DNA from: Mycobacterium leprae TN
Lineage (GTDB): Bacteria > Actinomycetota > Actinomycetes > Mycobacteriales > Mycobacteriaceae
Length of the DNA stretch: 32,000 nt
Direction: 5' to 3'
NCBI RefSeq assembly: GCF_000195855.1
Contig: NC_002677.1
Coordinates: 30,001-62,000 of the forward strand
Under the pieces are notes generated by a model. The model had not been told where the DNA came from. It did not search any database and was given only the letters and a program-made list of their open reading frames with translations. Positions 1 through 11,960 of this stretch are shown piece by piece (the stretch's first letter is position 1; every line of letters starts with the position of its first letter). Position numbers and translations under genes: made by a program.

Positions 1-1449
1 GTTACGTGAACACCAAGTCTTCATGAAAATGCTGAATAAAATGACTCTACGTCGTGGGAATTCCCCTCTCCTAACCTATGATTGCCATAAAGCAACCGGA
101 TCAACGTTCATGGGGCCACTGTAATGGCTACAACGCTAGCGATCCATTTTAAATGCTCATACCGTGGATATTTCCTTTCACATTCGATTGAACACAATGC
201 GAAGTAAACAAAGTCCTGGAGAGAATCTCGATGGGGATCGAAAATGTAACGGCCGGGACAATTTTATTTTTGGCGGACTAACGTTTCAGCCATTAGACGA
301 TCCAACCACAACGTGTTGGCGTGGCTAGCTGTGCCCGACCAGTCAGACGGCATGAGAGCTCACAGAGGAAGCAGATGCTCCGCTCGGCGAATTCCTTCTC
401 GGTACGGATTCCCACATAGCGTAGGAAGGCCAGTTCACGTAGCTCTCGGCGATACCTGTTATCGGACGGCCTGGCGCAGTCTAAGGTGGTTCTGCCGGCT
501 CCAGCTTCGTCCCCCGATCCGCTCTCGGATTCGTCCAGGTTGTCCGGGCCACTGGCATCGGCAGTGCCAGTGGTGTCGGTCATTGACTGCCAGGGTCATC
601 TAACTGAATAGGTTTTGACACCGCCTGCAGAGGTTTCTGTGGCTACGTCCAGGCTGGTGGTCGGCAGTGGCTACCGCGAACGAACGTGCCTCCGGGAGGC
701 TGTCGTAACCTAACTGGTCGGCACGGACAGTTCCCCTGATGGAGTGGTTGAGCCCGCTTTCGCCCATGGCCGCGGTAGTCAATGAGCCAGGGTTCGTGGT
801 TACCGGGAACAGCGTTGGGGGCTAGAGTGCTGTGCCCGGGCAGTTCTGTAGCCTTGCCTAGCCACTAGCGATGTCTATTAGGTGTGGGCTGGAATGTCAT
901 AACCGCGAAGGTTGTAGGCAAAAGCTGCTACCTTTGAGCTGTCCATTCATTGGTGCCTCAAAAAGGATTATGACTAGGTTCCCCATCAGCTCCAGCACGT
1001 CCGGCGGTGTTACCAGCGGGTAGTACTTGTTTTACCAGCTCCTGAAGCGCGTTGGGCACCGCGGCCGACGCTTATGGAATACTTGCCACGATGTTCTGCG
1101 CGTTGCCGGCGGAGGTGCCCGAGGGCTTGGGTGACCGTGGTGGTTTCGCCCGCCTGGGTTGGTACTGGACGTCAGCGATGCAATCGACGGCGACGCGGTT
1201 GCATAGCTGGACATGGCGTCTGTGTTGTGGTTTCAAATCTTGGTTGCCGCTATCAACAGGGCTTTCTGGCTAAAGAAGTTCGTCGCTACCAAGCACCATC
1301 AGCAGGCTGCTGTCGGCTGCCACCATCGGTGGCAGCACTATTTTCGAGAACGTTACCTGTAAGCAGAGGCCGTTGGGATGGCCTGGTTGGCTGTCTGTTC
1401 GGTCAGTGCAGCGGTCATTCTCAGCCACGCCACTATACGGTGTGAGTGC

Positions 1450-3028
1450 GACAGCTATTGCCGCTGCTGTCGGGCCCAGCCAGGGGTCCAATGGTCAGTC
1501 CGCCAATTTGCCCGCCTGATACGAGCGCGCGGTCTATTGCGGTTCAGCGGCCAGCTCTTCCCAGGCCATCGGCCAATATTGGTCTCGTTCCAGAGATGGC
1601 ATACATCCCGGCGGAGTGGATATCCGGCGGTAGTGAGGTGAAATCCATCGCCCAGCCTCTCATCGGTGAGCCGGGCAGTCTATCCGCTGGCGGCGTGGGT
1701 GAAGGCAAACGGGACAACACTAACGTCGGAACCGCGATTCTGCGCGCTGAAATTTTGTTAGTGACACTGGTGGCTGAGTCGACGGCCAAAAATCCAGCTG
1801 TCCCTAGAGCGCATGTTAATCCAGGTTTAGACTCAGACGGTGACGCTCACCAAAGGACTTGTGTAAGAAGAACTGGGCTTTTGCAGGTGTACTGATATCG
1901 GTCAGCGCTCATGCTGACGAGTTGCTGGAAAGAGCGACGATGTGTTTTGGTAACCTGAGCTGGCTATCGCAACGATCCTGACTATATGGGTGCCCAGTCA
2001 TTTCCGGTAGCGCTGTGCCGGAACTACTAAGGAAATTCATTCGCTACGGCTGAAGTCGCACTCGTTCTTGGCTTTCTGCGGTGACTGAGTCGGTGATGTC
2101 GGCAAACTCTGGATGTTGCTCGATAACGTGGGTGACTATCTGCACCGCCTAGTTGGCGCACGGCTTGACCGTTTGATTGGCCACACCGGATGGACGAAGC
2201 CAGAAGCTACCATGATCAATAGTAGTTAGCCCAGAGCCGGCGATTGGGACGACCATGCCCGCCGCTAATATCCCTTACCATGGCTTAAGTGTCCTCGGCG
2301 GCAGATCGTGGGCAGGGATTAGCGCCATTCCAGAAAGGATCTGATACTCGTTGCAGCGAAGAACAGCAGCCCGCCGCTTAACCCGCCGACTGCGGGGTCT
2401 TCATGTGGTTGATCAGTAACAATATCAGCAGTGAATTGATGCTCACCACCATCCAGTGTGCGGCCAAGACAGATTTGATTGCAGCGACAGCTCGGCTACT
2501 CGTCATGGTCCGCGCCGTGTAGCCAGCATGGCACTATTTGTTCACATGGCACCGCGTGGGGTACGGCCTGCCGACAAGCTGGATTGGACGAACCGAGCCG
2601 GGCCGTTAGCGGGCAGCGCTGACCACAGCAGTGGCATCTCACTGGCCCTGACTTTCAGAAGAAGGATTCCGATCCTGTCGATGAGCGCCAGCCGTCTGAT
2701 GTTGGCGCCAACGAGCACCGGCCGGCGATCCCAACGGTTCATCAATACCCCGGCAAACGGCTCCGGCGGTGAGTTAGGGAATAAGTAATACCATGAAGAG
2801 AGCGCTCGCTGCTCTGTCTGGGTTGAACAGCAACGCTCTGGCCAGCCCCGCCTTCATTATTCCGTTATCACTCAATTGACTTGCCACGAGCATTTGCAGC
2901 AGTTGCCGGAAGTCTGGCAAGTGCCCATCGACTGTCACACGTCGATAGGTGCGCGCATCCGAGTTTGCATCACTAAATCCACTTTTTATGATCGAGGCTA
3001 GCCTCGATCTGCGCTGATTCCACAACAC
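1450..3028 (-). pseudogene. MFS transporter pseudogene (Rv0037c-like)
   Basis: Minus-strand fragments in different frames read [38 protein letters not shown] (2774-3028) then [29 protein letters not shown] (2542-2745), typical of an MFS N-terminal half. No continuous ORF. It sits directly upstream of and divergent from the Rv0038 homologue, as in M. tuberculosis. The left boundary is uncertain. Confidence 0.7.
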
Positions 3029-3096
3029 TACAAAACAAATATTCGTCGGCCGTCCTCGTTTGCACTAGGTAATGTTGCGGATGGTGCGATGATGGT

Positions 3097-3705
3097 GTGG
3101 TGATCCGGCCTGAAGACCCCGAAGATTATGTTGCACCCGCCGCGCAGAGGGTGCGTGCAGGTACGTTGCTGTTAGCCAACACTGATCTTCTTGAACCGAC
3201 GTTTCGGCGTAGCGTGATCTACATAGTAGAGCATAACGAGGGCGGCACCTTGGGCGTGGTGCTCAACCGGCCAAGCGAGACCGCGGTCTATAACGTGTTA
3301 CCGCAATGGGCAAAACTGGCGGCCAAACCGAAAACGATGTTCATTGGGGGTCCGGTGAAGCGTGACGCAGCCCTGTGTCTAGCGGTGTTGCGGATCGGCG
3401 CTGATCCGGACGGTGTCGCGGGTTTACGGCATGTGGCGGGCCGGCTGGTGATGGTCGATCTGGATGCCGAACCGGATTTGATCGCACCGCTGGTGGATGG
3501 TTTACGGATCTTCGTGGGGTACTCGGGCTGGACCATTGGTCAGCTCAAAGGAGAAATTGAGCGTGACGACTGGATTGTGCTGTCGGCGTTGCCCTCTGAC
3601 GTCTTGGTTGGGAAGCGGGCTGATCTGTGGGCACAGGTTCTTCGCCGCCAACCGCTGTTGCTGTCGCTGCTTGCGACTCACCCGATCGACGTCAGTCGGA
3701 ACTAA
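3097..3705 (+). CDS. YqgE/AlgH (UPF0301) family protein, Rv0038-like
   Basis: Intact 202-aa ORF with family motifs: GTLLLANTDLLEPTFRRSVIYIVEHNEGGTLGVVLNRPSE, FIGGPVKRDAALCL, GYSGWTIGQLKGEIERDDWIVLSA. GTG start. Confidence 0.95.
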   Translation: MVIRPEDPEDYVAPAAQRVRAGTLLLANTDLLEPTFRRSVIYIVEHNEGGTLGVVLNRPSETAVYNVLPQWAKLAAKPKTMFIGGPVKRDAALCLAVLRIGADPDGVAGLRHVAGRLVMVDLDAEPDLIAPLVDGLRIFVGYSGWTIGQLKGEIERDDWIVLSALPSDVLVGKRADLWAQVLRRQPLLLSLLATHPIDVSRN

Positions 3706-3739
3706 AAGCTTCTCCTCCGATGCGGACGGCATCGCACGA

Positions 3740-4740
3740 CTACCTCGTATTGGTTTCGTCGACTGGGTTTCGTTCCAATCTGCTGGCGATCGACACGCAG
3801 GCCACCAGGTGAACCTGATGAAAAGTGATGGGCAGGCAACATGGTCAAGCTGATTGCGGCATCTAGGAAAAGCACCAGCGCCATCGAAAGACGGGGTGCC
3901 CAAACTCTTGGTTTGAATTACTGAACAGCAGGACAATCACGTCGCGTCGGTCGAGTTGAGCAAGTTGGCCGATGACCCCGGTGCAGACTAGCATCACCGC
4001 AAGCAACATGGTGTCGACAGCGATAACCAAGATTAACCGCTACGGATTGATGCTGACCCAGATTCTTTTAACCACGCCCATCGAGAAAGCCGTGTACACC
4101 ACCAGCAGGATGGAGTCGCAGTCGACCACCTTGAACAGGGGCTCATAGTGAACAACGGTCGCAGCGATCCAGGCCGCATCAGCTGGCAGGCTTCGAACGG
4201 CAGCAACAGCTGCAGCACAACATAGCGGATCGAAGCACCATCCAGGCGCGGTACGCCGCTGGTATTCATCAGCAGTACCACCAGCAGTGGGGTCACTACC
4301 ACGCCTAAGATGTTGGACAACGATGCGTTCATGATGGAGGCTGAGACGTGGCCTCGTGCGATCGAAGTAAACGCAATCGAAGACCGTACCGTTGACGGGA
4401 CCAGGAACAAAAACAGCACCTCGTTGTACAGGTCAATGGTCAACACCGAGGACATCAAGAATTGAATGGCCAACCCAAGAGCCAGGAAAACTACGAACGT
4501 CGCGTCAGCACCAACCAGGCCAGCCAGCACTGGCGGCCACTGTGCCAGTTCTGCTGCGGCGACACTCGGGTGCCGTAGAAGAATAAAGTATGACGATGGC
4601 CGCTTTCGTGACGAAAGGCATGGTGCCGGCTGCCTCACCGCGGGTCGGCAACAGATCAGTAAGTGCTGCGGTTGCGCCCACTGTCAGTAAAAATGGTGTC
4701 GACCTGGACCACCCTTAACTGCTTTAACACGACGGTCACA
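3740..4740 (-). pseudogene. YfeH/bile acid:sodium symporter-like (SBF-like) transporter pseudogene
   Basis: Minus-strand fragments across frames: VDTIF / FLLTVGATAALTDLLPTRGEAAGTMPFVTKAAIVILY; FFYGTRVSPQQ; DLYNEVLFLFLVPSTVRSSIAFTSIARGHVSASIMNASLSNILGVVVTPLLVVLLMNTSG; LLVVYTAFSMGVVKRIWVSINP*RLILVIAVDTMLLAVMLV; HQVHLVACVSIASRLERNPVDETNTR*. Several frameshifts and an in-frame stop. Confidence 0.8.
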
Positions 4741-4749
4741 GCAGGCAGT

Positions 4750-5091
4750 TTAACGGCAGGATAGAATGCAGCCGGCGCAGTTCTTGCCGCAACTGGTCGC
4801 TGTTGCCCGCCGGCGTAATGTATATCGCGCGCTTTGCCACGAGCCGGCAGCCAGGGTGCCGACGGCACCTGTGACACAAACGGCCACCACTATCAGGGCG
4901 GTGTGTGCAACCGCGACCAGGGCCACCACACCACCGGCGGCTAGCATTATCGCGGCGGCCAACTGCGGCGGCGCCATGGCACGCATCGCTAGCTGCGTGG
5001 GGTCGACGGTCTGGTTGTGGATGAGTGCCCAGGTTCCGAACACGGCGGATATCACCGCCGCACACACGCACAGTGTGCCCGCGATCAACAT
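4750..5091 (-). CDS. Small conserved membrane protein (Rv0039c-like)
   Basis: 113-aa ORF with hydrophobic segments (AAAIMLAAGGVVALVAVAHTALIVVAVCVTGAVGTLAAGSW). Gene order matches Rv0038-Rv0039c-Rv0040c-leuS. Confidence 0.75.
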   Translation of the reverse strand: MLIAGTLCVCAAVISAVFGTWALIHNQTVDPTQLAMRAMAPPQLAAAIMLAAGGVVALVAVAHTALIVVAVCVTGAVGTLAAGSWQSARYTLRRRATATSCGKNCAGCILSCR

Positions 5092-5286
5092 GTGTCAACA
5101 ATACGAGTCCGCCAGTGAGTTCGCCTTACCTAGCCTCCCAGTCGGCTACCCGGAGTCGGTGTGGTCGCCAACTCAGTGCGACAGGGTTGGTACTAGGTTC
5201 GGTAGCGGCGACAGTCCGGGTACCAATGACAGCAGGCTGGGTGTATGTGGGTTGGCCTGGCTGCATTCCAAGGCAAGGGCACCAGC

Positions 5287-6123
5287 CTAACGGGTGCCAA
5301 GCTGGGGAGGTACTGGGGCGGACACCGTGGGTGAGGACACCCGGAAGCCGTTAACGATGGCGTTGGTGGCCGGTGCATCGGCGACCGCTTGCGACAGAGC
5401 AGTGGTCACAGACAGCGAAACTAAATATTTGTCAGGCCCAGAGCTGGCGATGACGTGGCGCCGTGAGGTATTTAGCGTCATACCGTTTTCACGGTATGTA
5501 CCTTCGATGATTGATGATGGAAAACCGTCGAAATCCGCTTTGGAAGCGTTGGTGGTCTGCCACGCCGACAGTTGCTGAGTGTCGACGAAGCCGTGCGTGA
5601 TGGCCTCCTTGGGATCGAAGTTGCCAACCAAGTTGTACACCACTAACTGTGCGTTTGAGGTGTAGAGGCTATTGCCCAGCCGGTCGGCGATTACCGCGAA
5701 TGCGTCGGGCACGTTCGGGTCCGGAACCTGAGTCCAGCGGGTGGGCACTGGCAAAGTGATGTCGAGCGCCTTGAAGCCATGCGGCTTTTGCGCCACCAAC
5801 TTGATGTTTTTTGCCTTGAAGTAGTCGTGCAGCGATTCAGAGACTGGGGCAGCCACCGCTAGCGGTGGCTGCCCCAGGGCGGCCGGTCCGGGCGCCTGCG
5901 GGGTCGCGACGAACCTGTTGTTGGTGGTGATCCCCCCGGGAACGGCTGTGACGCTCTGTATGGGTGGCAGTGATGCCGGCGGGAGAACACCGGGAATAGC
6001 CGGTGGGGGTGCTGGCGGCGAAGGATCAGCTGCGGCGGTGCCGCCAGCGAAGACAGTGACACCCATTGCGGTGGCAGCCAGACCTCCTGCGAGCACACGC
6101 CACGTTTGTGTGGACTGAATCAT
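5287..6123 (-). CDS. mtc28: Proline-rich 28 kDa antigen (secreted, LpqN/LpqT-like), Rv0040c homologue
   Basis: ORF track gives 292 aa from 6165. The internal ATG at 6123 gives the 278-aa form [41 protein letters not shown], a classical signal peptide followed by a Pro-rich segment. Confidence 0.93.
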   Translation of the reverse strand: MIQSTQTWRVLAGGLAATAMGVTVFAGGTAAADPSPPAPPPAIPGVLPPASLPPIQSVTAVPGGITTNNRFVATPQAPGPAALGQPPLAVAAPVSESLHDYFKAKNIKLVAQKPHGFKALDITLPVPTRWTQVPDPNVPDAFAVIADRLGNSLYTSNAQLVVYNLVGNFDPKEAITHGFVDTQQLSAWQTTNASKADFDGFPSSIIEGTYRENGMTLNTSRRHVIASSGPDKYLVSLSVTTALSQAVADAPATNAIVNGFRVSSPTVSAPVPPQLGTR

Positions 6124-6320
6124 TTGCGTTGGTCCTTCCCCATCACCGCACCACACGGGTACCACCTGCCTGCTGTTCGTGGCTGACAGTAACTAGTGGT
6201 CAGGCAACGTGAACAGGCTAGAAATAGAGCTGGGATGAAGCCCTGATCGGTGCGCAACGGAACTGATACCAACCTGTGGCCACTCAGGCCCGTAAAGTGG
6301 AGCCCTTATACCCTGTTCAC

Positions 6321-9239
6321 GTGACTGAACTGCCGACCACTGTCCCTGGGTACAACTCGGCTGTTGCCCAGACGGACTCCGATGCGATGCGATACCGCTA
6401 TACCGCGGAGCTAGCAGGCCGTATCGAAAGCACCTGGCAAGACAACTGGGCGCGGCTGCAGACCTTCAACGTGCCCAACCCGGTTGGGTCGCTAGCCCCG
6501 CCGGACGGATCGGTAGTTCCCGCCGACAAGTTGTTCGTACAGGACATGTTTCCCTATCCATCGGGTGACGGATTGCATGTTGGACATCCACTAGGTTACA
6601 TCGCCACCGACGTCTACGCTCGATACTTCCGTATGACCGGTCATAACGTGCTGCACGCGATGGGGTTCGATGCTTTCGGGCTGCCCGCCGAACAGTACGC
6701 GATGCAAACCGGAACCCACCCACGCATTCTAACTGAGGCTAACGTTGTCAACTTTCGGCACCAGCTGGGCCGGTTGGGTCTTGGCCACGACAGCCGACGC
6801 ACCTTCTCGACCACCGATGTCGAGTTCTACAAGTGGACCCAGTGGATTTTCCTGCAGATCTACAACGCTTGGTTCGACGTAGCAGCTAACAAGGCGCGCC
6901 CGATCGCAGAATTGATTGCCGAATTCGATTCCGGTGAGCGCCGCCTTGTTGACGGCCGTGACTGGGCCACGTTGTCGGCCGGGGAGCGGGCCGACGTGAT
7001 CGACAACTGTCGACTGGTCTACCGGGCGGACTCGATGGTCAACTGGTGTCCGGGTCTGGGCACGGTACTGGCCAACGAAGAGGTCACCGCCGACGGTCGC
7101 AGCGACCGCGGCAACTTCCCGGTATTCCGGAAACGTTTGAGGCAATGGATGATGCGGATCACCGCCTACGCTGACCGGTTGCTGGACGACCTTGACCTGC
7201 TGGACTGGCCGGAGCAAGTCAAAACTATGCAGCGCAACTGGATCGGCCGTTCCAGCGGAGCGACCGTGCTGTTCTCAGCGATCCTAAGCCGCAGCGATGC
7301 CGCGACAACCGAAGTCGACGTCGAGGTGTTCACCACCCGGCCGGACACCATGTTTGGCGTCACCTATCTGGTGCTGGCACCCGAGCACAACCTGGTCGAC
7401 GAACTGGTTGCCACCGTCTGGCCGGACAGGACGGACCCCCGGTGGACGTATGGTGCCGCCACGCCAGGTGCAGCTGTCGCAGCCTACCGCCGTGCAATCG
7501 TTGCCAAGTCGGACCTCGATCGCCAAGAGAGCAAGGAGAAGACCGGCGTCTTCTTGGGTAGGTACGCCACCAACCCAGCCACCGGAAAACCGGTGCCGAT
7601 TTTCGTTGCCGACTATGTACTGGTCGGCTATGGTACCGGTGCGGTCATGGCGGTTCCCGGCCATGACCCGCGTGACTGGGACTTCGCCCATAAGTTCCAT
7701 TTGCCGATCGTCGAAGTTATTGCTGGAAGCGATATTTCAGAGGCCGCCTATGTGGGCGATGGTGTGTTGGTGAACTCCGGTTACCTCGACGGTATGGACG
7801 TGGCAACAGCCCAAGAGGCCATTACCGCCCGCTTGGAGTCCGAAGGTCGAGGACATGCTCGCATCGAATTCAAGCTAAGAGACTGGCTTTTCGCTCGGCA
7901 GCGGTATTGGGGTGAGCCGTTCCCAATAATCTATGATAGTGACGGACGACCGCATGCGCTAGACGAGGCCGCACTGCCGGTTGAGCTTCCCGACGTACCG
8001 TACTACTCTCCGGTGTTATTCGATCCTGATGATGCTGACAGCGAGCCATCACCTCCGCTGGCCAAGGCGACCGAGTGGGTGCACGTAGAGTTGGATCTGG
8101 GCGACGGTTTGAAGCCTTACAGCCGCGACACCAATGTCATGCCACAGTGGGCGGGCAGCTCTTGGTACGAACTGCGTTACACCGATCCACACAACTCAGA
8201 GCGGCTCTGTGCCAAGGAAAACGAGGCCTATTGGATGGGTCCACGGCCGACTGAACACGGCATCGACGATCCCGGCGGCGTTGATTTGTACGTCGGCGGA
8301 GCCGAACATGCGGTGCTACATCTGTTGTATGCGAGGTTTTGGCACAAAGTTCTATACGATCTGGGCCACGTCAGCTCTCGAGAACCCTACCGTAGGCTGA
8401 TCAACCAGGGCTACATCCAGGCTTTCGCTTACACTGATGCTCACGGTTCATATGTGCCGGCGAACCAGGTATTCCAACGCGGCGACGGGTTCTTCTGTCC
8501 GGGACCCGACGGCGAGATCGAAGTCTTCCAAGAGTTTGGGAAAATCGGTAAAAGCTTGAAGAATTCGGTATCACCTGACGAAATCTGCGATGAATACGGT
8601 GCAGACACGTTGCGTGTGTATGAAATGTCAATGGGGCCGTTGGAGGCGTCCCGACCGTGGGCCACGAAGGACGTCGTTGGCGCATATCGTTTCCTTCAGC
8701 GGGTGTGGCGACTGGTGGTAGATGAACGCACTGGTGAAACCCGGGTGGTGGACACAGCAGGGGAGTTAGATACTTACACGTTGCGAACATTGCACCGCAC
8801 CATCGCAGGAGTGTCCCAAGACTATGCTGCACTGCGCAATAACACCGCAACGGCGAAGCTGATCGAGTACACCAACCATCTCACCAAAGAACACCGTGGC
8901 TCGGTGCCCCGGGTCGCTGTCGAGCCTCTTGTGTTGATGTTGGCGCCGCTAGCCCCACATCTGGCAGAAGAGCTGTGGCTGCGGCTGGGCCACACCACCT
9001 CTTTGGCGAACGGCCCTTTTCCCCAGGCCGATCCCGCCTACCTTGTTGACGATACCGTTGAATACCCGGTGCAGGTGAACGGCAAGATTCGGGGTCGGAT
9101 AGTGGTTGCCGCCGACGCGGACTACGACACCCTGAAAACTGTTGCGTTGGCTGACGATAAAGTACAGCAGTTTTTGGCCGGTGCTACACCGCGCAAAGTG
9201 ATTGTGGTCGCGGGCCGGCTGATCAGTTTAGTCATTTAA
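6321..9239 (+). CDS. leuS: Leucyl-tRNA synthetase
   Basis: Class I aaRS signatures: [17 protein letters not shown] (HIGH) and [12 protein letters not shown] (KMSKS-like). Open frame starts at 6276, but the GTG at 6321 gives the 972-aa form starting (V/M)[11 protein letters not shown]. Confidence 0.98.
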   Translation: MTELPTTVPGYNSAVAQTDSDAMRYRYTAELAGRIESTWQDNWARLQTFNVPNPVGSLAPPDGSVVPADKLFVQDMFPYPSGDGLHVGHPLGYIATDVYARYFRMTGHNVLHAMGFDAFGLPAEQYAMQTGTHPRILTEANVVNFRHQLGRLGLGHDSRRTFSTTDVEFYKWTQWIFLQIYNAWFDVAANKARPIAELIAEFDSGERRLVDGRDWATLSAGERADVIDNCRLVYRADSMVNWCPGLGTVLANEEVTADGRSDRGNFPVFRKRLRQWMMRITAYADRLLDDLDLLDWPEQVKTMQRNWIGRSSGATVLFSAILSRSDAATTEVDVEVFTTRPDTMFGVTYLVLAPEHNLVDELVATVWPDRTDPRWTYGAATPGAAVAAYRRAIVAKSDLDRQESKEKTGVFLGRYATNPATGKPVPIFVADYVLVGYGTGAVMAVPGHDPRDWDFAHKFHLPIVEVIAGSDISEAAYVGDGVLVNSGYLDGMDVATAQEAITARLESEGRGHARIEFKLRDWLFARQRYWGEPFPIIYDSDGRPHALDEAALPVELPDVPYYSPVLFDPDDADSEPSPPLAKATEWVHVELDLGDGLKPYSRDTNVMPQWAGSSWYELRYTDPHNSERLCAKENEAYWMGPRPTEHGIDDPGGVDLYVGGAEHAVLHLLYARFWHKVLYDLGHVSSREPYRRLINQGYIQAFAYTDAHGSYVPANQVFQRGDGFFCPGPDGEIEVFQEFGKIGKSLKNSVSPDEICDEYGADTLRVYEMSMGPLEASRPWATKDVVGAYRFLQRVWRLVVDERTGETRVVDTAGELDTYTLRTLHRTIAGVSQDYAALRNNTATAKLIEYTNHLTKEHRGSVPRVAVEPLVLMLAPLAPHLAEELWLRLGHTTSLANGPFPQADPAYLVDDTVEYPVQVNGKIRGRIVVAADADYDTLKTVALADDKVQQFLAGATPRKVIVVAGRLISLVI

Positions 9240-9269
9240 AGTTGGTGTCCGGGCCGCAACACACCCTCC

Positions 9270-10010
9270 TGCAGGTTGCTGTCGTGTTTGTGTCTGTGGC
9301 GGTGAGTTGTTCGGTTGGTTTCATAGGTGGTGGGTGAAATGGCTGTTTTTGCGTTTTATGACTGGCCGATATGTTCGGTAGTCGTGGGGGGCAGCCCGGA
9401 ATCCTGTTGACGTGTTTTGCTGTGTTGCGGGGTTTTTGTTGGTGGGTGGCTGACTGCCTGCTTTCGATGAGGCTTCGTGTGCTTTGCCGCAGTGGACACG
9501 ATTAGCGCGGCGCACGTAAGCATGTCGGTGGTGGGTGCTGCTTGGTCTACATGTTGATGATGCCAGGGGCTGGGCACCTGGGCTGTGCTGAAGGCGATAT
9601 CGATGCAGGCGTGGGTGTGAGGGTAGTTGTTAGCGCCGCGGGGTAGGGGCGTTTTAGTGTGCATGTCATGGCCTTGAGGTGTCGGCGTGGTCAATGTGGC
9701 CGCACCTGAACAGGCACGTCCCCGTGCACGGTATAACTATTCGCACCTGATGTTATCCCTTGCACCATTTCTGCCGCTGGTATCGGTGTCGGCGGCTTGT
9801 TGACCGGCCCTCAGCCAGCAAGCAGGCATGCCGCCGGGTGCAGCAGTATCGTGTTAGTGAACAGTGCATCGATGATCCGGCCGTCGGCGGCACATACGGC
9901 AACCTTCTAGCGCAGATCAACCACCCACACCCCACCAGCCCACCACAACACCACCACCACGGAAAATTTCTTCACCTATGACGGATCGCAGGTATGTGCG
10001 GTAGCCGTGG
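9270..10010. repeat. RLEP dispersed repeat of M. leprae (copy; boundaries approximate)
   Basis: Exact LP1 primer TGCATGTCATGGCCTTGAGG at 9660-9679 and reverse complement of LP2 (TTCTGCCGCTGGTATCGGTG) at 9769-9788, giving a 129-bp span. It also holds the qPCR forward site GCAGTATCGTGTTAGTGAA and the complement of the reverse site CGCTAGAAGGTTGCCGTATG (about 9843-9915). Confidence 0.95.
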
Positions 10011-10233
10011 ACCGGGGTGGAAGGTGCGCTGGTTCGGATTCGATGGTATCACCGCACACCGGTGATTTGTTGGTCGACTTTCGACGGTTTTGACGTTCAA
10101 GGCTATGTCAATACCTGGTTGCTCGGTACCGACGGTAATGGTGTGGCGGACCGGGTTGTTTGTGCTGGTTTGTGATGGGAAAATGGCATAAACGGGTACA
10201 CCGGCGGCGACAGCGTCGTCGACAGCACCAGCG

Positions 10234-10249
10234 ATATATAATATAATAT
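10234..10249. repeat. AT-rich microsatellite-like tract
   Basis: ATATATAATATAATAT directly visible. Confidence 0.7.
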
Positions 10250-10429
10250 GTAGCTGGCAAGATTACGGGATATTGTTCAACTGGTCGACAGGACGTTAAT
10301 TCCGGTGGCGACTAGACAACCTGTTCGGATCCGGTGCATCCCGCGGAAGCGGTGAAGTGATAGCTAACCACTATTGTTTTAGATTTACCTAACATCTAAT
10401 CCTGAGGGCTGATGAAAATCGAGAAATTT

Positions 10430-10785
10430 ATGTCAGACGGTGGTACACATGGCAGTGTAATCGGAGTTTATACTGCCTTCTCAGCAATACATCGACTCTG
10501 TTCTGCAAATCACTACCGCAATCGAAAATGAATACCTGAGTAGCTACGAAAACACCAGTTGACGTCGTATCGTTGAGCGGTAAAGTAGGGACAATTTGTC
10601 TTGTAGCAGCGGGTCAAATTGAACACAGTCTTCAGCAAATCTCTCCGGAGTTCAAAGGTTAGTTTACGACCTTGGCCAGACAGTGTTGTTCATGGAACAG
10701 TATGAAGGTGAAGTGGCGTGCGGTATCATTAGTCTCTTTGACTCGGAAACTCAAGAGATCTAGCATAGGTCATTACAAACATCCT
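10430..10785 (+). pseudogene. esxD: WXG100-type remnant, likely esxD (ESX-2) pseudogene
   Basis: C-terminal-like fragment RLVYDLGQTVLFMEQYEGEVACGIISLFDSETQEI* resembles EsxD (RLAEGLVQAAALMEGHEADSQTAFQALFGAS). It lies immediately upstream of the esxC remnant, as in Rv3891c-Rv3890c. Confidence 0.5.
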
Positions 10786-10824
10786 CAACGTTGTAGATAA
10801 ATTTTCACGTAAAGAATTACGGAC

Positions 10825-11119
10825 ATGACCGATCAGATCACTTATAACTACGTCACCGTCGGCGCTTTCTTTTCTGATATCGGTAGCGGGTAGCTCAATA
10901 TGATGGAAATCCATCAAGAAATTCTGCAGCAGACCTAAGCCGTGGTTTATGTTTTAGTGCAAGGGTTCATTGACCTTCTTTTATGCACAGTGGCAGATAG
11001 TGCACGGATTCGAAAGCCTTATCGAGACGATTAATTCAGCATAGCCAGGTCGTGTGAACAACACGATAGATAGTATGCAAATTGCCGATGCTGATATCGC
11101 ACAGGACTTTATGGTATAA
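10825..11119 (+). pseudogene. esxC: esxC (ESX-2 ESAT-6-like) pseudogene
   Basis: Starts MTDQITYNYVTVGAFFSDIGSG* (cf. EsxC MSDQITYNPGAVSDFASDVGSR) and ends VNNTIDSMQIADADIAQDFMV*. Total 295 nt, close to an intact 95-codon gene, with internal stops and frameshifts. Confidence 0.75.
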
Positions 11120-11189
11120 TCACCTGCAATGCCAACTAAAGCGGGGCGCACACGATGGAGTGTGTCCCCGCAGTCATATTTGGGGTGAT

Positions 11190-11960
11190 GTGTTAATTAG
11201 CGCTGTGTACGGATTACGGGTTCTGCAGGTGCTCACAGGAATCGAGGTTGTGACGTACGTGGATCCAGGTGAAGCTCTAAGCGGCTGGCGTTGAAATACA
11301 TCGAGGATGTGTTGAATTGTGCCGTCGGCTTTATCGACGACTCTGACGGTGTGAATAGCACTGTGTTGGAGCTGTTGTTCGTTTGCCCGCGACATTGTAA
11401 CTACTTCTGCCGTTTTGCATACCGGGTGGCAGAGAGCCAGCCCAGGTGTTGCTAGCGCAGGTTTGCGCAGTGGTGGGTTATGAAAGAAAGAACGGTTGAT
11501 GTCGCGTCCTTATCAGCCGGTGGAGCGGGGAACCGCCAGCGGTCGGAACCAAACTGCCAGGGTGGCGCTCGAGGCACAGATCGAGCGATTGTGCGGCACT
11601 AAATACCCCCGGAGAGTTATGTCCAGTCACACTGGGCGCTGATGCCCTGCGCGTTGTGGACGGTTTAAGCAGGAGATCTTACGCGCACGTTCTTTGGGCA
11701 GTAGCAGTAAGGGGGGTTGGATGCGGGCTAAACACAGATGCTCGCATGGCCGTCTATCTCGGCCGGTCAGCGTAAGCTTGGATAGTTGCAATTCAATCCG
11801 GGCGTAGAAACCGGCCGGCCCACATGGACCTACTAACGAGCCCAGCGCAGTGACTAGCGTCGATACGTCGGACGGCCGTATAGTTGCTGAGAAAATCTGT
11901 TCCGCAGGTAATAAAGGGCTGACAATCATACCAAATTCTTAAGATAGATATTTATTGAGA
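11190..11960 (+). pseudogene. espG2: espG2 pseudogene
   Basis: LISAVYGLRVLQVLTGIEVV (cf. EspG2 LTTTVDGLWVLQAVTGVEQT), then RRFAQWWVMKERTVDVASLSAGGAGNRQRSEPN...PPEELCPVTLGADALRVVDGLSRRSYA (cf. CRFATWWVVLERHGNLVRLYPAGTASDE...APLRPVTVDADELLHAVRDAGTLRSYL). Interrupted by stops and frameshifts. Confidence 0.75.

Noticed and set aside
6276-6320. Upstream GTG start for leuS adding [15 protein letters not shown]
   Set aside because: The family N-terminus and expected 972-aa length fit the GTG at 6321. The extension lies in the divergent promoter region.
6466-8850. Antisense ORFs over leuS (e.g. 6729-7217, 7284-7700, 7297-7773, 8401-8850)
   Set aside because: They overlap a clearly intact, conserved leuS, and high-GC third positions commonly create long antisense frames.
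9920-9970. CCACCACAACACCACCACC tract as a possible CRISPR or tandem array
   Set aside because: Simple-sequence stretch within RLEP, with no spaced direct repeats. No CRISPR-like periodicity seen anywhere in the window.
9321-9981. Short ORFs within the RLEP region (64, 112, 60 and 73 aa)
   Set aside because: RLEP is a non-coding dispersed repeat. The overlapping Thr/His/Pro-rich frames have no coding character.
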